A stretch of DNA of 64,000 nt, taken from the NCBI GenBank assembly GCA_045632405.1, contig JAZQWO010000018.1:4832-68831 (forward strand), written 5' to 3'. The notes below the pieces were generated by a model. The model saw nothing but the letters and a program-made list of their open reading frames with translations. It did not search any database and had not been told where the DNA came from. The position numbers were made by a program, and so were the translations under genes. This DNA is from Eubacteriales bacterium (GTDB lineage: Bacteria > Bacillota > Clostridia > Oscillospirales > CAG-272). This document shows positions 53,971-63,794 of this stretch, piece after piece (position 1 is the first letter of the stretch; the number at the start of each line of letters is the position of its first letter).

Positions 53971-54156
53971 ATGGCAGTTCCAAAGAGAAAGCAGTCTCAT
54001 TCCCGTACAAACTTGAGAAGATCAAACAACTCTAAGCTCACAGCTCCTACAATGGCTAAGTGCAAGCAGTGTGGTGAATACAACCTCACACACCGTGTAT
54101 GCTCTGAGTGTGGCTACTACAACGGCAAAGAGATCGTTAAGAAAGAAAACGCATAA
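53971..54156 (+). CDS. rpmF: 50S ribosomal protein L32
   Basis: MAVPKRKQSHSR..., CKQCGE..HRVCSECGYY. Confidence 0.9.
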   Translation: MAVPKRKQSHSRTNLRRSNNSKLTAPTMAKCKQCGEYNLTHRVCSECGYYNGKEIVKKENA

Positions 54157-54212
54157 GTGAAATTATTGGGGTGTTGCTTTGCATCACCCCTTTCACTTTC
54201 AAGAGGGCTTTT

Positions 54213-54716
54213 ATGAATTATTCTCCAAAGCATAATGATATGAAAATGCGCATCCTTTACGGTGGGCTTGTGATTTTGTCCTTCGTCTTTATGTCGGTGG
54301 GCAAGGGAACCCTTGGCGCTATATTCAAGGCGCTTTCTATTTTGCTCTTGGCGGCAGGTCTTTACCTGTTTATACGTCACGATTTGACCTCATTTTCCTA
54401 TATTGTTATGGAAAACGGCGGCAGGCTTGACTTTTATGTTAACCGAACCACAGGCAAGCGCGGCGCATACGTTTGCTACTATACCCTTGATGATATTTTG
54501 TGCATCGAGGACTATAAAAAGGGCAAAAAAGCGGAGCTTTCCCAAAAGCACGGCAAGGTCTTTTTCTATAACTATTGCCACAACCGCTTTTGCGGGAATA
54601 AGCAAATTATCGTTTTTGAAAACCAAGGCTACTGTGATGCTGTAATCGTAGAGCTTAGCCAAGAGTGCGTGGCGTACCTGCGCGCAAATATAAAAGAAGA
54701 TAAGCAAGAAAATTAA
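54213..54716 (+). CDS. Membrane protein, unknown function (start uncertain; track gives 54171)
   Basis: RBS agaggg before the ATG at 54213; two TM segments, then a soluble domain. Confidence 0.4.
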   Translation: MNYSPKHNDMKMRILYGGLVILSFVFMSVGKGTLGAIFKALSILLLAAGLYLFIRHDLTSFSYIVMENGGRLDFYVNRTTGKRGAYVCYYTLDDILCIEDYKKGKKAELSQKHGKVFFYNYCHNRFCGNKQIIVFENQGYCDAVIVELSQECVAYLRANIKEDKQEN

Positions 54717-54729
54717 AAGGACTGTCGAT

Positions 54730-54924
54730 GCCCAACTTCTCATAAGGAAGTTGGGCAGTTTTATTCGCCTGCGGCGAGTTCTATTGCTTCGCAGTGATAT
54801 TCGTCTTGCGACGAGTGGTATTCGCTACGCGAGTTTAGGAGGCGAATAAAATATCACTAAAGCTGAAAGCTTTAATATCACTGTCGCGTAAGCGACAATA
54901 TCACCCCGACGAAGTCGGAATATA
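54730..54924 (-). repeat. Multi-hairpin repeat, family B, copy 2 (inverted)
   Basis: The reverse complement is colinear with 3858-4056. Differences in stems are paired (compensatory). Confidence 0.85.
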
Positions 54925-54926
54925 AC

Positions 54927-54955
54927 TTGACGATTTTTCAGTTTTGTTGTATAAT
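54927..54955 (+). promoter_or_regulatory. Sigma-A type promoter
   Basis: TTGACG, 17-nt spacer, TATAAT. Confidence 0.5.
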
Positions 54956-54973
54956 ATCTTTAGAGGTGATGTT

Positions 54974-55330
54974 ATGTCTAACAGTATTATGAGAGATAAA
55001 GCAAAGGAATTTGCTAAAAGTATTGTTTTCCTCTGCCGTAATATGAAGGCGGAACACAAAGAAATGGTGCTTGTAAACCAATTGTTACGTTCCGGCACTT
55101 CTATCGGTGCCAATATTCACGAAGCACAATATGCGCAAGGTACAAAAGACTTTATATCTAAACTTGAAATTGCTCAAAAGGAATGCTATGAAACAGAATA
55201 TTGGCTTGAGCTTTTGTATGAAACGGGTTGTATCGAAGAAGCAATATATAAGTCTATTCAGAACGATTGCGGTGCAATACGAAGGATGTTAATATCCTCA
55301 TTAAAAACGATAAAAGCAAAACAAGAATAA
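54974..55330 (+). CDS. Four-helix-bundle protein (23S rRNA intervening-sequence protein family)
   Basis: Start at the ATG at 54974. QLLRSGTSIGANIHEAQ...SKLEIAQKECYETEYWLELL matches the TIGR02436-type pattern. Confidence 0.75.
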   Translation: MSNSIMRDKAKEFAKSIVFLCRNMKAEHKEMVLVNQLLRSGTSIGANIHEAQYAQGTKDFISKLEIAQKECYETEYWLELLYETGCIEEAIYKSIQNDCGAIRRMLISSLKTIKAKQE

Positions 55331-55392
55331 GGGTATGGGCATAGCCCGATGCATTTGTAATACAAATGCAAAACTAGCGAGATAAAGGATTG
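55331..55392 (+). repeat. Structured 5' element, family D, copy 2
   Basis: gggtatGGGCataGCCCgatGCATTTGTaataCAAATGCaaaactagcgagataaag, directly upstream of the ATG at 55401. Confidence 0.8.
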
Positions 55393-55400
55393 ATATATCA

Positions 55401-55985
55401 ATGGCAAAAATTATATTATCATCATGCGACTTCAGGAATAGTGATTCCGCTAAATACATATATGACAATTTACCATGTCCGGTTGATCAATGCAAGGTGT
55501 TGTACTTTCCAAATGAAAAAGCCACAGAAGAAGCAATAAAAAGCATAAAATTTTATCAGCGTCTTTCGGAATTTGGTTTTTCCAAAGAAAACATATACGT
55601 TTTTAATTATTTTTCTCCTGCTGAATTTGATGTAAATACTCATATAGATGTTATATACATCAGCGGTGGAAACACTTTTGGAACCTTGAAAAGAATTAAA
55701 GAATCAAGAGCGGAAAAGGTGATACTTGACTGCTTGTCTCGCGGAGCAATGTATATCGGCGGTAGTGCCGGTGCGCATATTGCTTCTCGCTCTATTCAAC
55801 ATGTAGCCAAGTATGATGTTGACACATATGGCTTAACGGATTTTTCCGGATTATGTTTATTTGACGGCATTTTAATATGTCATTATTCGGATTTGAGAGA
55901 AAAAGACTATAGGACTTTAATCGAGGCAGGAGAACAAAAAAATATTAAACTTCGAGATCAAGATTTTATGGTTTTTGAAATATAA
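55401..55985 (+). CDS. Peptidase S51 (dipeptidase E-like) / type 1 glutamine amidotransferase-like protein
   Basis: YISGGNTFGTLKRI and YIGGSAGAHI (nucleophile Ser) motifs. Confidence 0.65.
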   Translation: MAKIILSSCDFRNSDSAKYIYDNLPCPVDQCKVLYFPNEKATEEAIKSIKFYQRLSEFGFSKENIYVFNYFSPAEFDVNTHIDVIYISGGNTFGTLKRIKESRAEKVILDCLSRGAMYIGGSAGAHIASRSIQHVAKYDVDTYGLTDFSGLCLFDGILICHYSDLREKDYRTLIEAGEQKNIKLRDQDFMVFEI

Positions 55986-55987
55986 GA

Positions 55988-56023
55988 TAACCCCGACAGA
56001 TCTTTTGAAATCTGTCGGGGTTA
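55988..56023 (+). terminator. Terminator hairpin (start of repeat family E, copy 3)
   Basis: taaccccgacagat..atctgtcggggtta then tctatttgttt. Confidence 0.65.
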
Positions 56024-56090
56024 TCTATTTGTTTCTGCAGATCAAATTTAAGTCTTATGAGCAAACTTCCTTATGAGAACCAGCCTATTG
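55988..56090 (+). repeat. Composite intergenic repeat, family E, copy 3 (lacks the GC palindrome)
   Basis: Hairpin, then tttgtttctgcagatcaaat, then caaacttccttatgagaacc. Confidence 0.7.
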
Positions 56091-56101
56091 ACAGTCCTTT
56101 T

Positions 56102-56563
56102 TTAGTTTGCGCGTTTTTTACGGAAGTCATTTTCCGTAGCTTCGCCAAAGCGCGATTTTATAAATTCCAAGGCTTCCTTGAAAATAAGCTTATCGTTTTC
56201 AAAGGTGGCATCGTATGGGAATTCGTCCTCGAAGAACCAATGAAAGGCGGAAATTTCCTCGGGCTGCGGTACTACATATGCCCTTGTAGTAAGAGCAGTG
56301 AAATACACAACCTTTTTTTCCGTGTTCTTGCGCTTGCCGATAAGATATACAGACTCCATTCTGAAGCCGTTTTCAATCTTAACATCAATGCCTGTTTCCT
56401 CTTTTGTTTCGCGAATGGCGGTTTGATATTCGTTCTCGCCCTCCTCAACGTGTCCCTTGGGGAACGACCAGAACTCAGTATATCTGTTTTTAATTAAAAG
56501 AACGGCATATTTGCCTCTTGCCTTGCGGAAAATAACTGTTCCGCAGGATTTTTCATATTTCAT
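56102..56563 (-). CDS. NUDIX hydrolase
   Basis: Nudix box GHVEEGENEYQTAIRETKEETG. Confidence 0.8.
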   Translation of the reverse strand: MKYEKSCGTVIFRKARGKYAVLLIKNRYTEFWSFPKGHVEEGENEYQTAIRETKEETGIDVKIENGFRMESVYLIGKRKNTEKKVVYFTALTTRAYVVPQPEEISAFHWFFEDEFPYDATFENDKLIFKEALEFIKSRFGEATENDFRKKRAN

Positions 56564-56602
56564 TCCGGTCTCACTTCCTTTCGTGGAGAGTTGACAGTGC
56601 GA

Positions 56603-57451
56603 TTACAAAACTGCCTTTAAAAACTGAATTGTTCTTGGGTTTTTAGGATTATCAAAAATTTCCTCAGGTGTGCCTTCTTCGGCAATAACACCGTTGTCCA
56701 TAAACAAAACTCTGTTGGCAACCTCACGGGCAAAGCCCATTTCGTGGGTAACGATAATCATAGTCATGCCCTCGTCTGCAACCTTTTTGATAAGATCCAA
56801 AACCTCGCCTACCATTTCGGGGTCCAGCGCTGATGTTGGCTCATCAAAAAGAATAACCTTCGGATTCATAGCAAGGGCGCGAATAATAGCAATACGCTGC
56901 TTCTGACCGCCCGAAAGAGTAGAGGGGTAAACGTCTGCCTTGTCGGCAAGACCTATGCGCTTTAAGAGCGACTCTGCATTTTGGCGGGCACTTTCTATGA
57001 TTTCCTGCTTGGTTTGTGTAATTGGAATAAGATCCCTCTTATTCTTCCTAAAGATATTGAAAATTCTTGTGAAGAAATTTTTTCTCTTGGCTTTTTTCAA
57101 TTTTGCACATTGGAGTGTAACAGGTGCAAGCATAATATTCTGAATGATGGTTTTATTGTTAAAAAGATTGAATTGCTGAAACACCATACCGATATTCTGA
57201 CGGTGTATGTTAATATCAACCTTGGGATCGGCAATATCTACATCCTCGAATATTATCTGACCACCATCCGGATCCTCTAAGCAGTTAAGGCAACGTAAAA
57301 ATGTGGACTTTCCGCATCCGGAAGGACCGATAACAACCACCTTTTCGCCTTGATAGATGTTTGTGGAAATATTGTTTAATACTGTATTTCCCTCAACGAA
57401 GGACTTTTTAAGACCTTTAACCTCAATAAGAGGCTTATCAAATTCATTCAT
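56603..57451 (-). CDS. Amino acid ABC transporter ATP-binding protein, with a ~32-aa basic insertion
   Basis: Walker [18 protein letters not shown], Walker [12 protein letters not shown]. Extra segment [32 protein letters not shown]. Confidence 0.85.
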   Translation of the reverse strand: MNEFDKPLIEVKGLKKSFVEGNTVLNNISTNIYQGEKVVVIGPSGCGKSTFLRCLNCLEDPDGGQIIFEDVDIADPKVDINIHRQNIGMVFQQFNLFNNKTIIQNIMLAPVTLQCAKLKKAKRKNFFTRIFNIFRKNKRDLIPITQTKQEIIESARQNAESLLKRIGLADKADVYPSTLSGGQKQRIAIIRALAMNPKVILFDEPTSALDPEMVGEVLDLIKKVADEGMTMIIVTHEMGFAREVANRVLFMDNGVIAEEGTPEEIFDNPKNPRTIQFLKAVL

Positions 57452-57452
57452 A

Positions 57453-58184
57453 TCATTTGCCTCCTATTTGCCTGTCGCTCTTTGACATTTTCTTTTCCAG
57501 AATATGGTGGATATTAGTAAGCAGAAGCACCACAATCAAGTAAAGCACAGCGGCAATCAAAAGTGGGAAAAGGTAATCAAAGGTTCTTGACTGGATAAGA
57601 CCCGGGATTTTACCAAGGTCCATAATTCCAACATAACCAACGATAGCTGTTTCCTTGACAAGAGTAATGAATTCGTTGAATAGCGGTGGCAAGCAGTTTT
57701 TAACCGCTTGAGGAATAACAATGTGCTTCATTGTTTGCCATGTGGAAAGGCCAAGGCTTCTGCCCGCCTCCATCTGACCGTCATCAACGCTTTCAAAGCC
57801 TGCACGTGCAATTTCTGCAACATATGCACCTGAGTTGATACCAAAGGTGATAGCGCCTATCATAAGTCCGTTATCCCAAGATACGAAAACTATGAAATAA
57901 AGAATCATAAGCTGTAAAACAACAGGCGTACCTCTGATAACGGTGATGTATATATTGGCAATAACCTTGAGTACCTTGAGCTTGCCTGTTTTCTTATTAA
58001 TGTAGTTAACCATTGCAAAGAAAACACCGATAACTGTACCGATTATTGCGGCAATGCCTGCAATAATAAGGGTGTTGCCCAAGCCCTCTAAATATAGCTG
58101 CCATCTGTCGTCAACAATAAAGGCTTTTTTGAAGTCTGCCAGGACAGAGGCGAAAAAATAAGTATTTATATTCATCTGTTTCAT
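57453..58184 (-). CDS. Amino acid ABC transporter permease
   Basis: HisM/GlnP-type: [10 protein letters not shown]...I..PQA motif; 5 TM segments. Confidence 0.8.
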   Translation of the reverse strand: MKQMNINTYFFASVLADFKKAFIVDDRWQLYLEGLGNTLIIAGIAAIIGTVIGVFFAMVNYINKKTGKLKVLKVIANIYITVIRGTPVVLQLMILYFIVFVSWDNGLMIGAITFGINSGAYVAEIARAGFESVDDGQMEAGRSLGLSTWQTMKHIVIPQAVKNCLPPLFNEFITLVKETAIVGYVGIMDLGKIPGLIQSRTFDYLFPLLIAAVLYLIVVLLLTNIHHILEKKMSKSDRQIGGK

Positions 58185-58229
58185 TAGAATGAGTGAGAGG
58201 GAAAACCTCTCACTCCGTTCCTTATATTA

Positions 58230-59108
58230 TTAGTCTGCCAACGAGAGCATTGTCTGTGCAGGGAGCTTATCCATAAGGATAGCATCAATTCTGCCTGCCT
58301 TAAGATCTGCCAATGCAAGAGAATACTGCTTGTAACGGCTGATAGTTGTGGATGCTGCAATTTTAATTGTTACAGCCTCGTCATCCTCACCGTATGTGTA
58401 GCCTGCGTCAGTCGCAGCTGCGGAAATAACGAGGTCGCCGCTTGTACCCTCCTGAACGCCAACCTTAAGACCGTCAAGTGACTTAAGTGTGGAGTAAGAG
58501 CTGTCCTTGTTGGAAACAACAACGAGAGTAGAGCTGAAATATACATTTGAGAAGTCAACCCTTTCAAGTCTGTCAGCATTGATTGTTAAGCCTGCAGCAC
58601 CAACTGCATCGCCTGTGGATTGCTGAACACTCAAAGGAATAGTGTCAAAAAGAACATCCTTAACGTCAATCTTTTTGCCCATGTTAGCAGCAACCTGGCT
58701 CATAATAGCAATATCAACGCCGATAACCTTGCCGCCTGAAACAAATTCAAATGGAGCAAAACCGCTTTCTGTGTAAACTGTGATAACTTCAGTTGCACTA
58801 CCGAAATCCCACTCAAGCTTCAAGTCGCCCTTAGCAGGCTCTTCAGCTGCGCCCTCAAGGAACTTAGCATACTCGGTGTAGTAGTCAACGTACTTTGTCA
58901 TAGTGCCGTCCTTAACCCACTGGTCAACAACCTTGTTAACCTCTTCCAAAAGTGCGGTATTGCCCTTCTTAACTGCAATACCAAAGTCCTCAACCAAAAG
59001 GTCGGTGGCGTCCATAGCAAGATACTCGGCATCATCACCGCAAGCGGTAAATGTTAAGCAGCAAGCGAGCATAAGTACGCAAAGTGCCAAAGAAATAATT
59101 TTTTTCAT
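58230..59108 (-). CDS. Amino acid ABC transporter substrate-binding lipoprotein
   Basis: Lipobox LTFTACG; family-3 SBP pattern (..GVDIAI.., ..VDFSNVYF..). Confidence 0.75.
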   Translation of the reverse strand: MKKIISLALCVLMLACCLTFTACGDDAEYLAMDATDLLVEDFGIAVKKGNTALLEEVNKVVDQWVKDGTMTKYVDYYTEYAKFLEGAAEEPAKGDLKLEWDFGSATEVITVYTESGFAPFEFVSGGKVIGVDIAIMSQVAANMGKKIDVKDVLFDTIPLSVQQSTGDAVGAAGLTINADRLERVDFSNVYFSSTLVVVSNKDSSYSTLKSLDGLKVGVQEGTSGDLVISAAATDAGYTYGEDDEAVTIKIAASTTISRYKQYSLALADLKAGRIDAILMDKLPAQTMLSLAD

Positions 59109-59144
59109 TGTTTGATACCTCTTTCAGAATATTTATTTTAAATA

Positions 59145-59173
59145 ATAATACTACTTTTGATGAAAAAAGTCAA
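59145..59173 (-). promoter_or_regulatory. Internal sigma-A type promoter for the ABC transporter genes
   Basis: Minus strand: TTGACT, 17-nt spacer, TATTAT. Confidence 0.45.
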
Positions 59174-59210
59174 TAGATTATTGAATTTTAATGAATATTT
59201 TTTCACAAAA

Positions 59211-60071
59211 TTACTTGTTTATATCATTTACAATGATTTTAGCAGGGCCTTCATCCGCAATTACATAGTCAATTTCCTTGTTAATCAGCGCCTGCAACGC
59301 GTGGGCGGTGGTGTCATAGCTCTTGGCGGTAACATTGAGGGCTATGCTTTTTGGGCTTTGCTTGCCTGTTATGTAAAGTCCGCTTGTGGTGTCCTCCTGG
59401 TAGCCTATTGTAACAGAGGAGTCAAAGGCTTTAAGCACCTCCTCCACGTTTTCCTTGGTTCGGCAGCCGTCAAAGGCGTTGTCGTTAATTCGTGCGATGA
59501 TTACCTGGGATGCCTCGTAATAGGCATGAGAAAATGAAACCTGCTCCTGTCTTTCTGCATTAACCGTCAGGCCTGCCATGGCAATGTCCGCATCTCCTGC
59601 CTCAACCGCATTCAAAACCTCTTTAAAGTCCATTTCTCTGATAACAAGCTCAGCACCAAGCTCCTCAGCTATGTAAGTGGCAATTTCAATATCAATGCCG
59701 CGATAAAGCTTGCCCTTGCCTGTTTCATACTTTGAAAATTCAAAGGGCTTAAAGGGAATGCTTGTGGCTACAACGAGTTGATTTTTTGTTTCGTCATAGG
59801 TGCCTGCAGGCACCTTTTTGTATTCTTCCTCATTACCCGAGAAGTATTTTTCCACAATTTTGTCAAGATTACCGTTTTCCGTCAATCTGTCAACCACTAA
59901 GTTAACCTTCTCCAAAAGAGCCGCATCATCCTTGTTGACTGCAAATGCATATTGCTCGTTAGTCAGCTTTATGTCTATGCATTTTACGTTGCCCGTGCCA
60001 CAGGATGCAAGGGAGCAAATAAGCGCAAGGAGCAAAATGGCAGAAGCTGCCGCGGAAATTATACGCTTCAT
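59211..60071 (-). CDS. Amino acid ABC transporter substrate-binding lipoprotein (second copy)
   Basis: Lipobox LASCG; ..GIDIEIA.., ..VSFSHAYY.. Confidence 0.75.
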   Translation of the reverse strand: MKRIISAAASAILLLALICSLASCGTGNVKCIDIKLTNEQYAFAVNKDDAALLEKVNLVVDRLTENGNLDKIVEKYFSGNEEEYKKVPAGTYDETKNQLVVATSIPFKPFEFSKYETGKGKLYRGIDIEIATYIAEELGAELVIREMDFKEVLNAVEAGDADIAMAGLTVNAERQEQVSFSHAYYEASQVIIARINDNAFDGCRTKENVEEVLKAFDSSVTIGYQEDTTSGLYITGKQSPKSIALNVTAKSYDTTAHALQALINKEIDYVIADEGPAKIIVNDINK

Positions 60072-60616
60072 TTTTCATCCCCCTTTGACAAAATGCTGTG
60101 CGCCTTCAAAATAGCAACCTGTGTTTTTGAGTCCTTTATTTCGCCTCTCATTACCATTTCCACAAGGGTGGACAGGGGGATTTTCTCAACCTCTAAGAAT
60201 TCACCGTCATCGGGGTGAGCATTTTTATAGGTTAATCCTGTGGCTAAATACATCTGTATTTTTTCGTCAAAAATTGCCACTGTGGTATAAAGCTCGCCAA
60301 GATGCACAACGCTTTGTGCCACCGTGCCTGTTTCCTCCTCAAGCTCACGCAAGGCGGCAGGGAGTGGATCCTCGCCCGGCTCAAGCTTGCCTGCGGGCAC
60401 CTCTAACAGCACCTCTCCAAAGGCATAGCGGAATTGACGCACCATGATTACCTCGCCCTCGTCTGTGACAGGAACAACACAAACCGCACCGGGATGGCGC
60501 ACAACCTCGCGCACTGACCTTTTGCCGTCGGGCAATTCAACCTCGTCAACAAAGAGCTTGACCACAACACCGTCAAACACCTGACGCGAGGTCAGCTTTT
60601 TTTCATAAAGCTCCAT
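60068..60616 (-). CDS. ADP-ribose pyrophosphatase-type NUDIX hydrolase
   Basis: GKLEPGEDPLPAALRELEEETG Nudix box; NudF-like length. Confidence 0.75.
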   Translation of the reverse strand: MELYEKKLTSRQVFDGVVVKLFVDEVELPDGKRSVREVVRHPGAVCVVPVTDEGEVIMVRQFRYAFGEVLLEVPAGKLEPGEDPLPAALRELEEETGTVAQSVVHLGELYTTVAIFDEKIQMYLATGLTYKNAHPDDGEFLEVEKIPLSTLVEMVMRGEIKDSKTQVAILKAHSILSKGDEK

Positions 60617-60618
60617 AA

Positions 60619-61308
60619 TTATTTCCTTTCAAAAACGTAGGTTAAGCTATCGTTTTCAAGTGTAAGAGTATTTCCGTCGATTTCATAGTCGAATTCCACA
60701 ATGCTTTGCTTAACACCGGGAACAAACTCAAATGCCAAATAGATTTTGTCGTCCAAAAGTGAGTAGTAGAGGTTGTAGCTGTTCAATCCACCATTGGCGC
60801 CTGCGCCCTCAACATTGCCTGTATAGTCTTTGTTGAAGCTCCAATATTCGCCTGGGTTTTTTGTGTCCTCCCACTTTCCTGCAAGCTGGGAGTTGTCCTT
60901 GTTGAACTTCGGCTCATAGGGAACAAGCACAAGCTCCTCCTCGGTAATCTGATCCTTGTCACTCAAATAGATAAACACAAGCTCGCCGTCCTCTGTGATA
61001 CAGAATTTTTGGTGATAGTTGGTAACCGCACCGTTAAAGCCTGTCACGTTAATGTCGATGGTGTTTTTGCCAATGGTTGCTTTGGCAAGAGTAGAGGAAT
61101 ATTCAATTCCGTAGTAATATTCATTCAAAAGAACGGTATCGTTGTCGAAAAACTCGTATGTGAGATAGTAGCTTTCGTTATAATCCTCTTCGCACCATTT
61201 GCCAATGAGAGATTTGCCGTCGTAAACATAGTTCTCGTCAAATTTACTGCAAGCAGTAAAGGAGAGAACGAGAATGAAAACTAAAAGCGCGCAAACAAAT
61301 TTTTTCAT
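60619..61308 (-). CDS. Lipoprotein, unknown function
   Basis: Lipobox LSFTACS. Confidence 0.5.
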   Translation of the reverse strand: MKKFVCALLVFILVLSFTACSKFDENYVYDGKSLIGKWCEEDYNESYYLTYEFFDNDTVLLNEYYYGIEYSSTLAKATIGKNTIDINVTGFNGAVTNYHQKFCITEDGELVFIYLSDKDQITEEELVLVPYEPKFNKDNSQLAGKWEDTKNPGEYWSFNKDYTGNVEGAGANGGLNSYNLYYSLLDDKIYLAFEFVPGVKQSIVEFDYEIDGNTLTLENDSLTYVFERK

Positions 61309-61937
61309 TTCTCCTCCAAAAATTCTCCAAGTGAGTCACTTGGTATATTATATCCGCAAAGATATGCATCACAGCCGTCATACTCATATACAACGAGGTG
61401 GCAGTTCAGCAAAAAGGGGGCGGTTATTTCGTAGTTATTGTATCGCTTTGCGTTGTCGGCATAAATGCGTGTGACCGCGCCGTGGGTTACAACAAGCAGA
61501 TTTTCGTCCTTGGATGCGTGGCTTTTGATAAAATCGTCAACTCTTTTAACAAGGTCACAAACAGGCTCCAAGGTTGGAATTTCCAAAACATCACGCATAA
61601 TGTATTTACTGTTTTCTGTAAACGGAGTGCCGCTGAGCTCTCCAAAATCGCGCTCAGTCACTCGGTCGTCACAGAAAATGTTGTCGCAGCCAAGCTCCTT
61701 GGCAATAGCCTCGGCAGTAACCGATGCGCGCAAAAGCGGGCTTGATGCAATTTTATCAAATGTAAGTCCCGTGTCAAGACAGGCCTTTTTTATGCCCTCG
61801 GCAGTTTCCTTTGCCTGCAAAAGTCCCGTTTCATTTAAGGGAATGTCCTCGCGCCCCTGCATCCGCCCTTGGGTGTTCCAGTCGGTCTGACCGTGGCGCA
61901 CAAAAATTATTAAGCCTTTTTTGTTTTTTAAGTTCAT
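61305..61937 (-). CDS. Histidine phosphatase (phosphoglycerate mutase-like) family protein
   Basis: Start at MNLKN (61937, abutting the dut stop); FVRHGQTDWN RHG motif. Confidence 0.75.
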   Translation of the reverse strand: MNLKNKKGLIIFVRHGQTDWNTQGRMQGREDIPLNETGLLQAKETAEGIKKACLDTGLTFDKIASSPLLRASVTAEAIAKELGCDNIFCDDRVTERDFGELSGTPFTENSKYIMRDVLEIPTLEPVCDLVKRVDDFIKSHASKDENLLVVTHGAVTRIYADNAKRYNNYEITAPFLLNCHLVVYEYDGCDAYLCGYNIPSDSLGEFLEEK

Positions 61938-61938
61938 A

Positions 61939-62376
61939 TTATTTTGCTCCTGTTGAGCCAAAGCCGCCATCTCCGCGTGCGGTGTCGGAAAGCTCGTCTG
62001 CTTCCTCAAATTCCGCGGTAATGTAAGGTGCAATTACCATTTGTGCAACGCGCTCGCCCTTAGAAACCGTTTGCTCGGTCTGGGAGTGGTTGTGCAAGGC
62101 GACCATAATCTCACCGCGATAGTCACAGTCTATAACACCAACCTTGTTGGCAGGTGCAAGACCGCGCTTTGAGGCAAGACCGCTTCTTGCATAAATAAAT
62201 GCGGCATAGCCAATGGGCAATTCAATAGCCAAGCCTGTTTTGATAAGCTTGGTTTCACCCGACTTGATAACCGTGTCTTCCTCTATGCAGGCATACAAGT
62301 CTGCCCCTGCGGCATATAGTGAGCCATAGGTTGGAATAGTTGCATTTTTATTTAGCTTCTTTATCTTTATTTTCAT
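61939..62376 (-). CDS. dut: dUTP diphosphatase
   Basis: AAGADLYA, ARSGLA.KRG and GVIDCDYRGEI motifs. Confidence 0.9.
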   Translation of the reverse strand: MKIKIKKLNKNATIPTYGSLYAAGADLYACIEEDTVIKSGETKLIKTGLAIELPIGYAAFIYARSGLASKRGLAPANKVGVIDCDYRGEIMVALHNHSQTEQTVSKGERVAQMVIAPYITAEFEEADELSDTARGDGGFGSTGAK

Positions 62377-62425
62377 ATTTTCTCCATTTACAAAAGCGGT
62401 GCCGTTTGTCGCCTATCGACGGTAA

Positions 62426-63115
62426 TCACCGAAATTTCAAGCTGTTTAAATAGTCCTTTTGCTCTTTTGTTATGCGATAGCTTTCACGTGCCTTTTGAAT
62501 TGCTTTGTTGTGTACCCATACAGGCAAGCGCTTTTCCTTTATCAAGGGCAGAGTACCGTCATATTCTTTAATCAAGCAAAAGCTCAAAAGCCAAGCAATT
62601 GCCATGTTGATATAATACTCGTCACTTTTTATGCTTTGGCAAATTTGGAGTATGTCCTCTATATGTTCCTTGTCAATGTAGTAATTGAGCAGGCAAACAA
62701 GACCGAAGCGCACAGTATATGTCCTTGTGCTGCCAACACAGGAGCGCACAAAACCGTACACAAGGTCAGGCTTTTTAAAGAAATTTTTCAAGTGAGCAGA
62801 GAGCCCATCGCAAACCGCCCAGTTGTCAACATATGGCAGAAACTCGGCTATTTTCTCGGTTAATTCCTCTTGGGAGCATTTTAGCTTGCCAAGCATAAAT
62901 GCGTGGACAATGTTTTCGTCATAATACTTGTGGGGAAGATTGCATAAAAATGCTTCCCCCTCACTTGCGTTTGCATATTTTTTCGCAATTGCCTGAGCCA
63001 GGGGTGCGCGCAAGCCTAAAACACACTCGGGGTCAACCGTGGGTATGAGCTTTTGGTGAAACGATTTGTGGGCAGGGTCAGCATTATTTATAATTTCCTC
63101 AAGAATTTTTGTCAT
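62426..63115 (-). CDS. DNA alkylation repair protein (AlkD-like HEAT-repeat family)
   Basis: LPYVDNWAVCD and ..NMAIAWLLS.. patterns typical of the family. Confidence 0.65.
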   Translation of the reverse strand: MTKILEEIINNADPAHKSFHQKLIPTVDPECVLGLRAPLAQAIAKKYANASEGEAFLCNLPHKYYDENIVHAFMLGKLKCSQEELTEKIAEFLPYVDNWAVCDGLSAHLKNFFKKPDLVYGFVRSCVGSTRTYTVRFGLVCLLNYYIDKEHIEDILQICQSIKSDEYYINMAIAWLLSFCLIKEYDGTLPLIKEKRLPVWVHNKAIQKARESYRITKEQKDYLNSLKFR

Positions 63116-63292
63116 AAATTCACCTTAATCATAATATGCGAATATATATACATAGTTATTATAGCAAATAAAAATTCATATTTCAATAACAATTGGAAAA
63201 AAGTAGGACATATTTATAGTTAACAATGAGTGTGGCGGTGTGCTACAATTGAATTACGGGTAAACCGACTAATTTTAAGGGGGAGTAGAACT

Positions 63293-63709
63293 ATGAATTT
63301 GACAAGAGCAAAAAGAATTATCGAAGGCATTTTCAAGGAAATGGACATTGATTTTGAGTATGAGGTAAAGGAAGACAAGGTAAACGCGTCCGCAAGAGTT
63401 AATTTTGAAGACTTGGATGCTGTGGGCTTCTGCTCATTCACATTCTTTGCAAGCGGCATGGTAATGTACCGTGTGTTGTTTGATGAAATCGACGAGGAAG
63501 ACGAAGAGGTTTGCCAGCTTTTGAACGAGTTCAACAAGAACTCCTGGCTCTTCAAGGCAACCGCTGACGAGTATTTGACAGTTGAGCATACAGTTTGCAC
63601 AATGCACGAGGAAGACATTGAGGACTATACAGGTCTTATCTTCGAGGAATTTATCTCCGACGACTTCACAGATTATTTGAAGCCGCTTATAGATTTGTGC
63701 GAGAATTGA
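63293..63709 (+). CDS. Acidic cytosolic protein, possibly YbjN-like
   Basis: Start at the ATG at 63293 (RBS gggag). The fold guess rests only on size and pattern. Confidence 0.35.
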   Translation: MNLTRAKRIIEGIFKEMDIDFEYEVKEDKVNASARVNFEDLDAVGFCSFTFFASGMVMYRVLFDEIDEEDEEVCQLLNEFNKNSWLFKATADEYLTVEHTVCTMHEEDIEDYTGLIFEEFISDDFTDYLKPLIDLCEN

Positions 63710-63733
63710 ATCTCATAAGGGAAAATATACGAC

Positions 63734-63771
63734 AAAAAACTCAGGAATTTCAAAAATTCCTGAGTTTTTTT
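63734..63771. terminator. Bidirectional terminator
   Basis: aaaaaa ctcaggaattt caa aaattcctgag ttttttt. Confidence 0.8.
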
Positions 63772-63794
63772 GTTAAAGTGTTAGCTTTTCACAA

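Noticed and set aside
56057-56497. 146-aa plus-strand ORF
   Set aside because: It is antisense to a NUDIX hydrolase gene with an intact Nudix box on the minus strand. It also begins inside repeat family E and has no RBS.
59157-59537. 126-aa plus-strand ORF
   Set aside because: It is antisense to the substrate-binding protein gene 59211-60071, which has a lipobox and SBP motifs.
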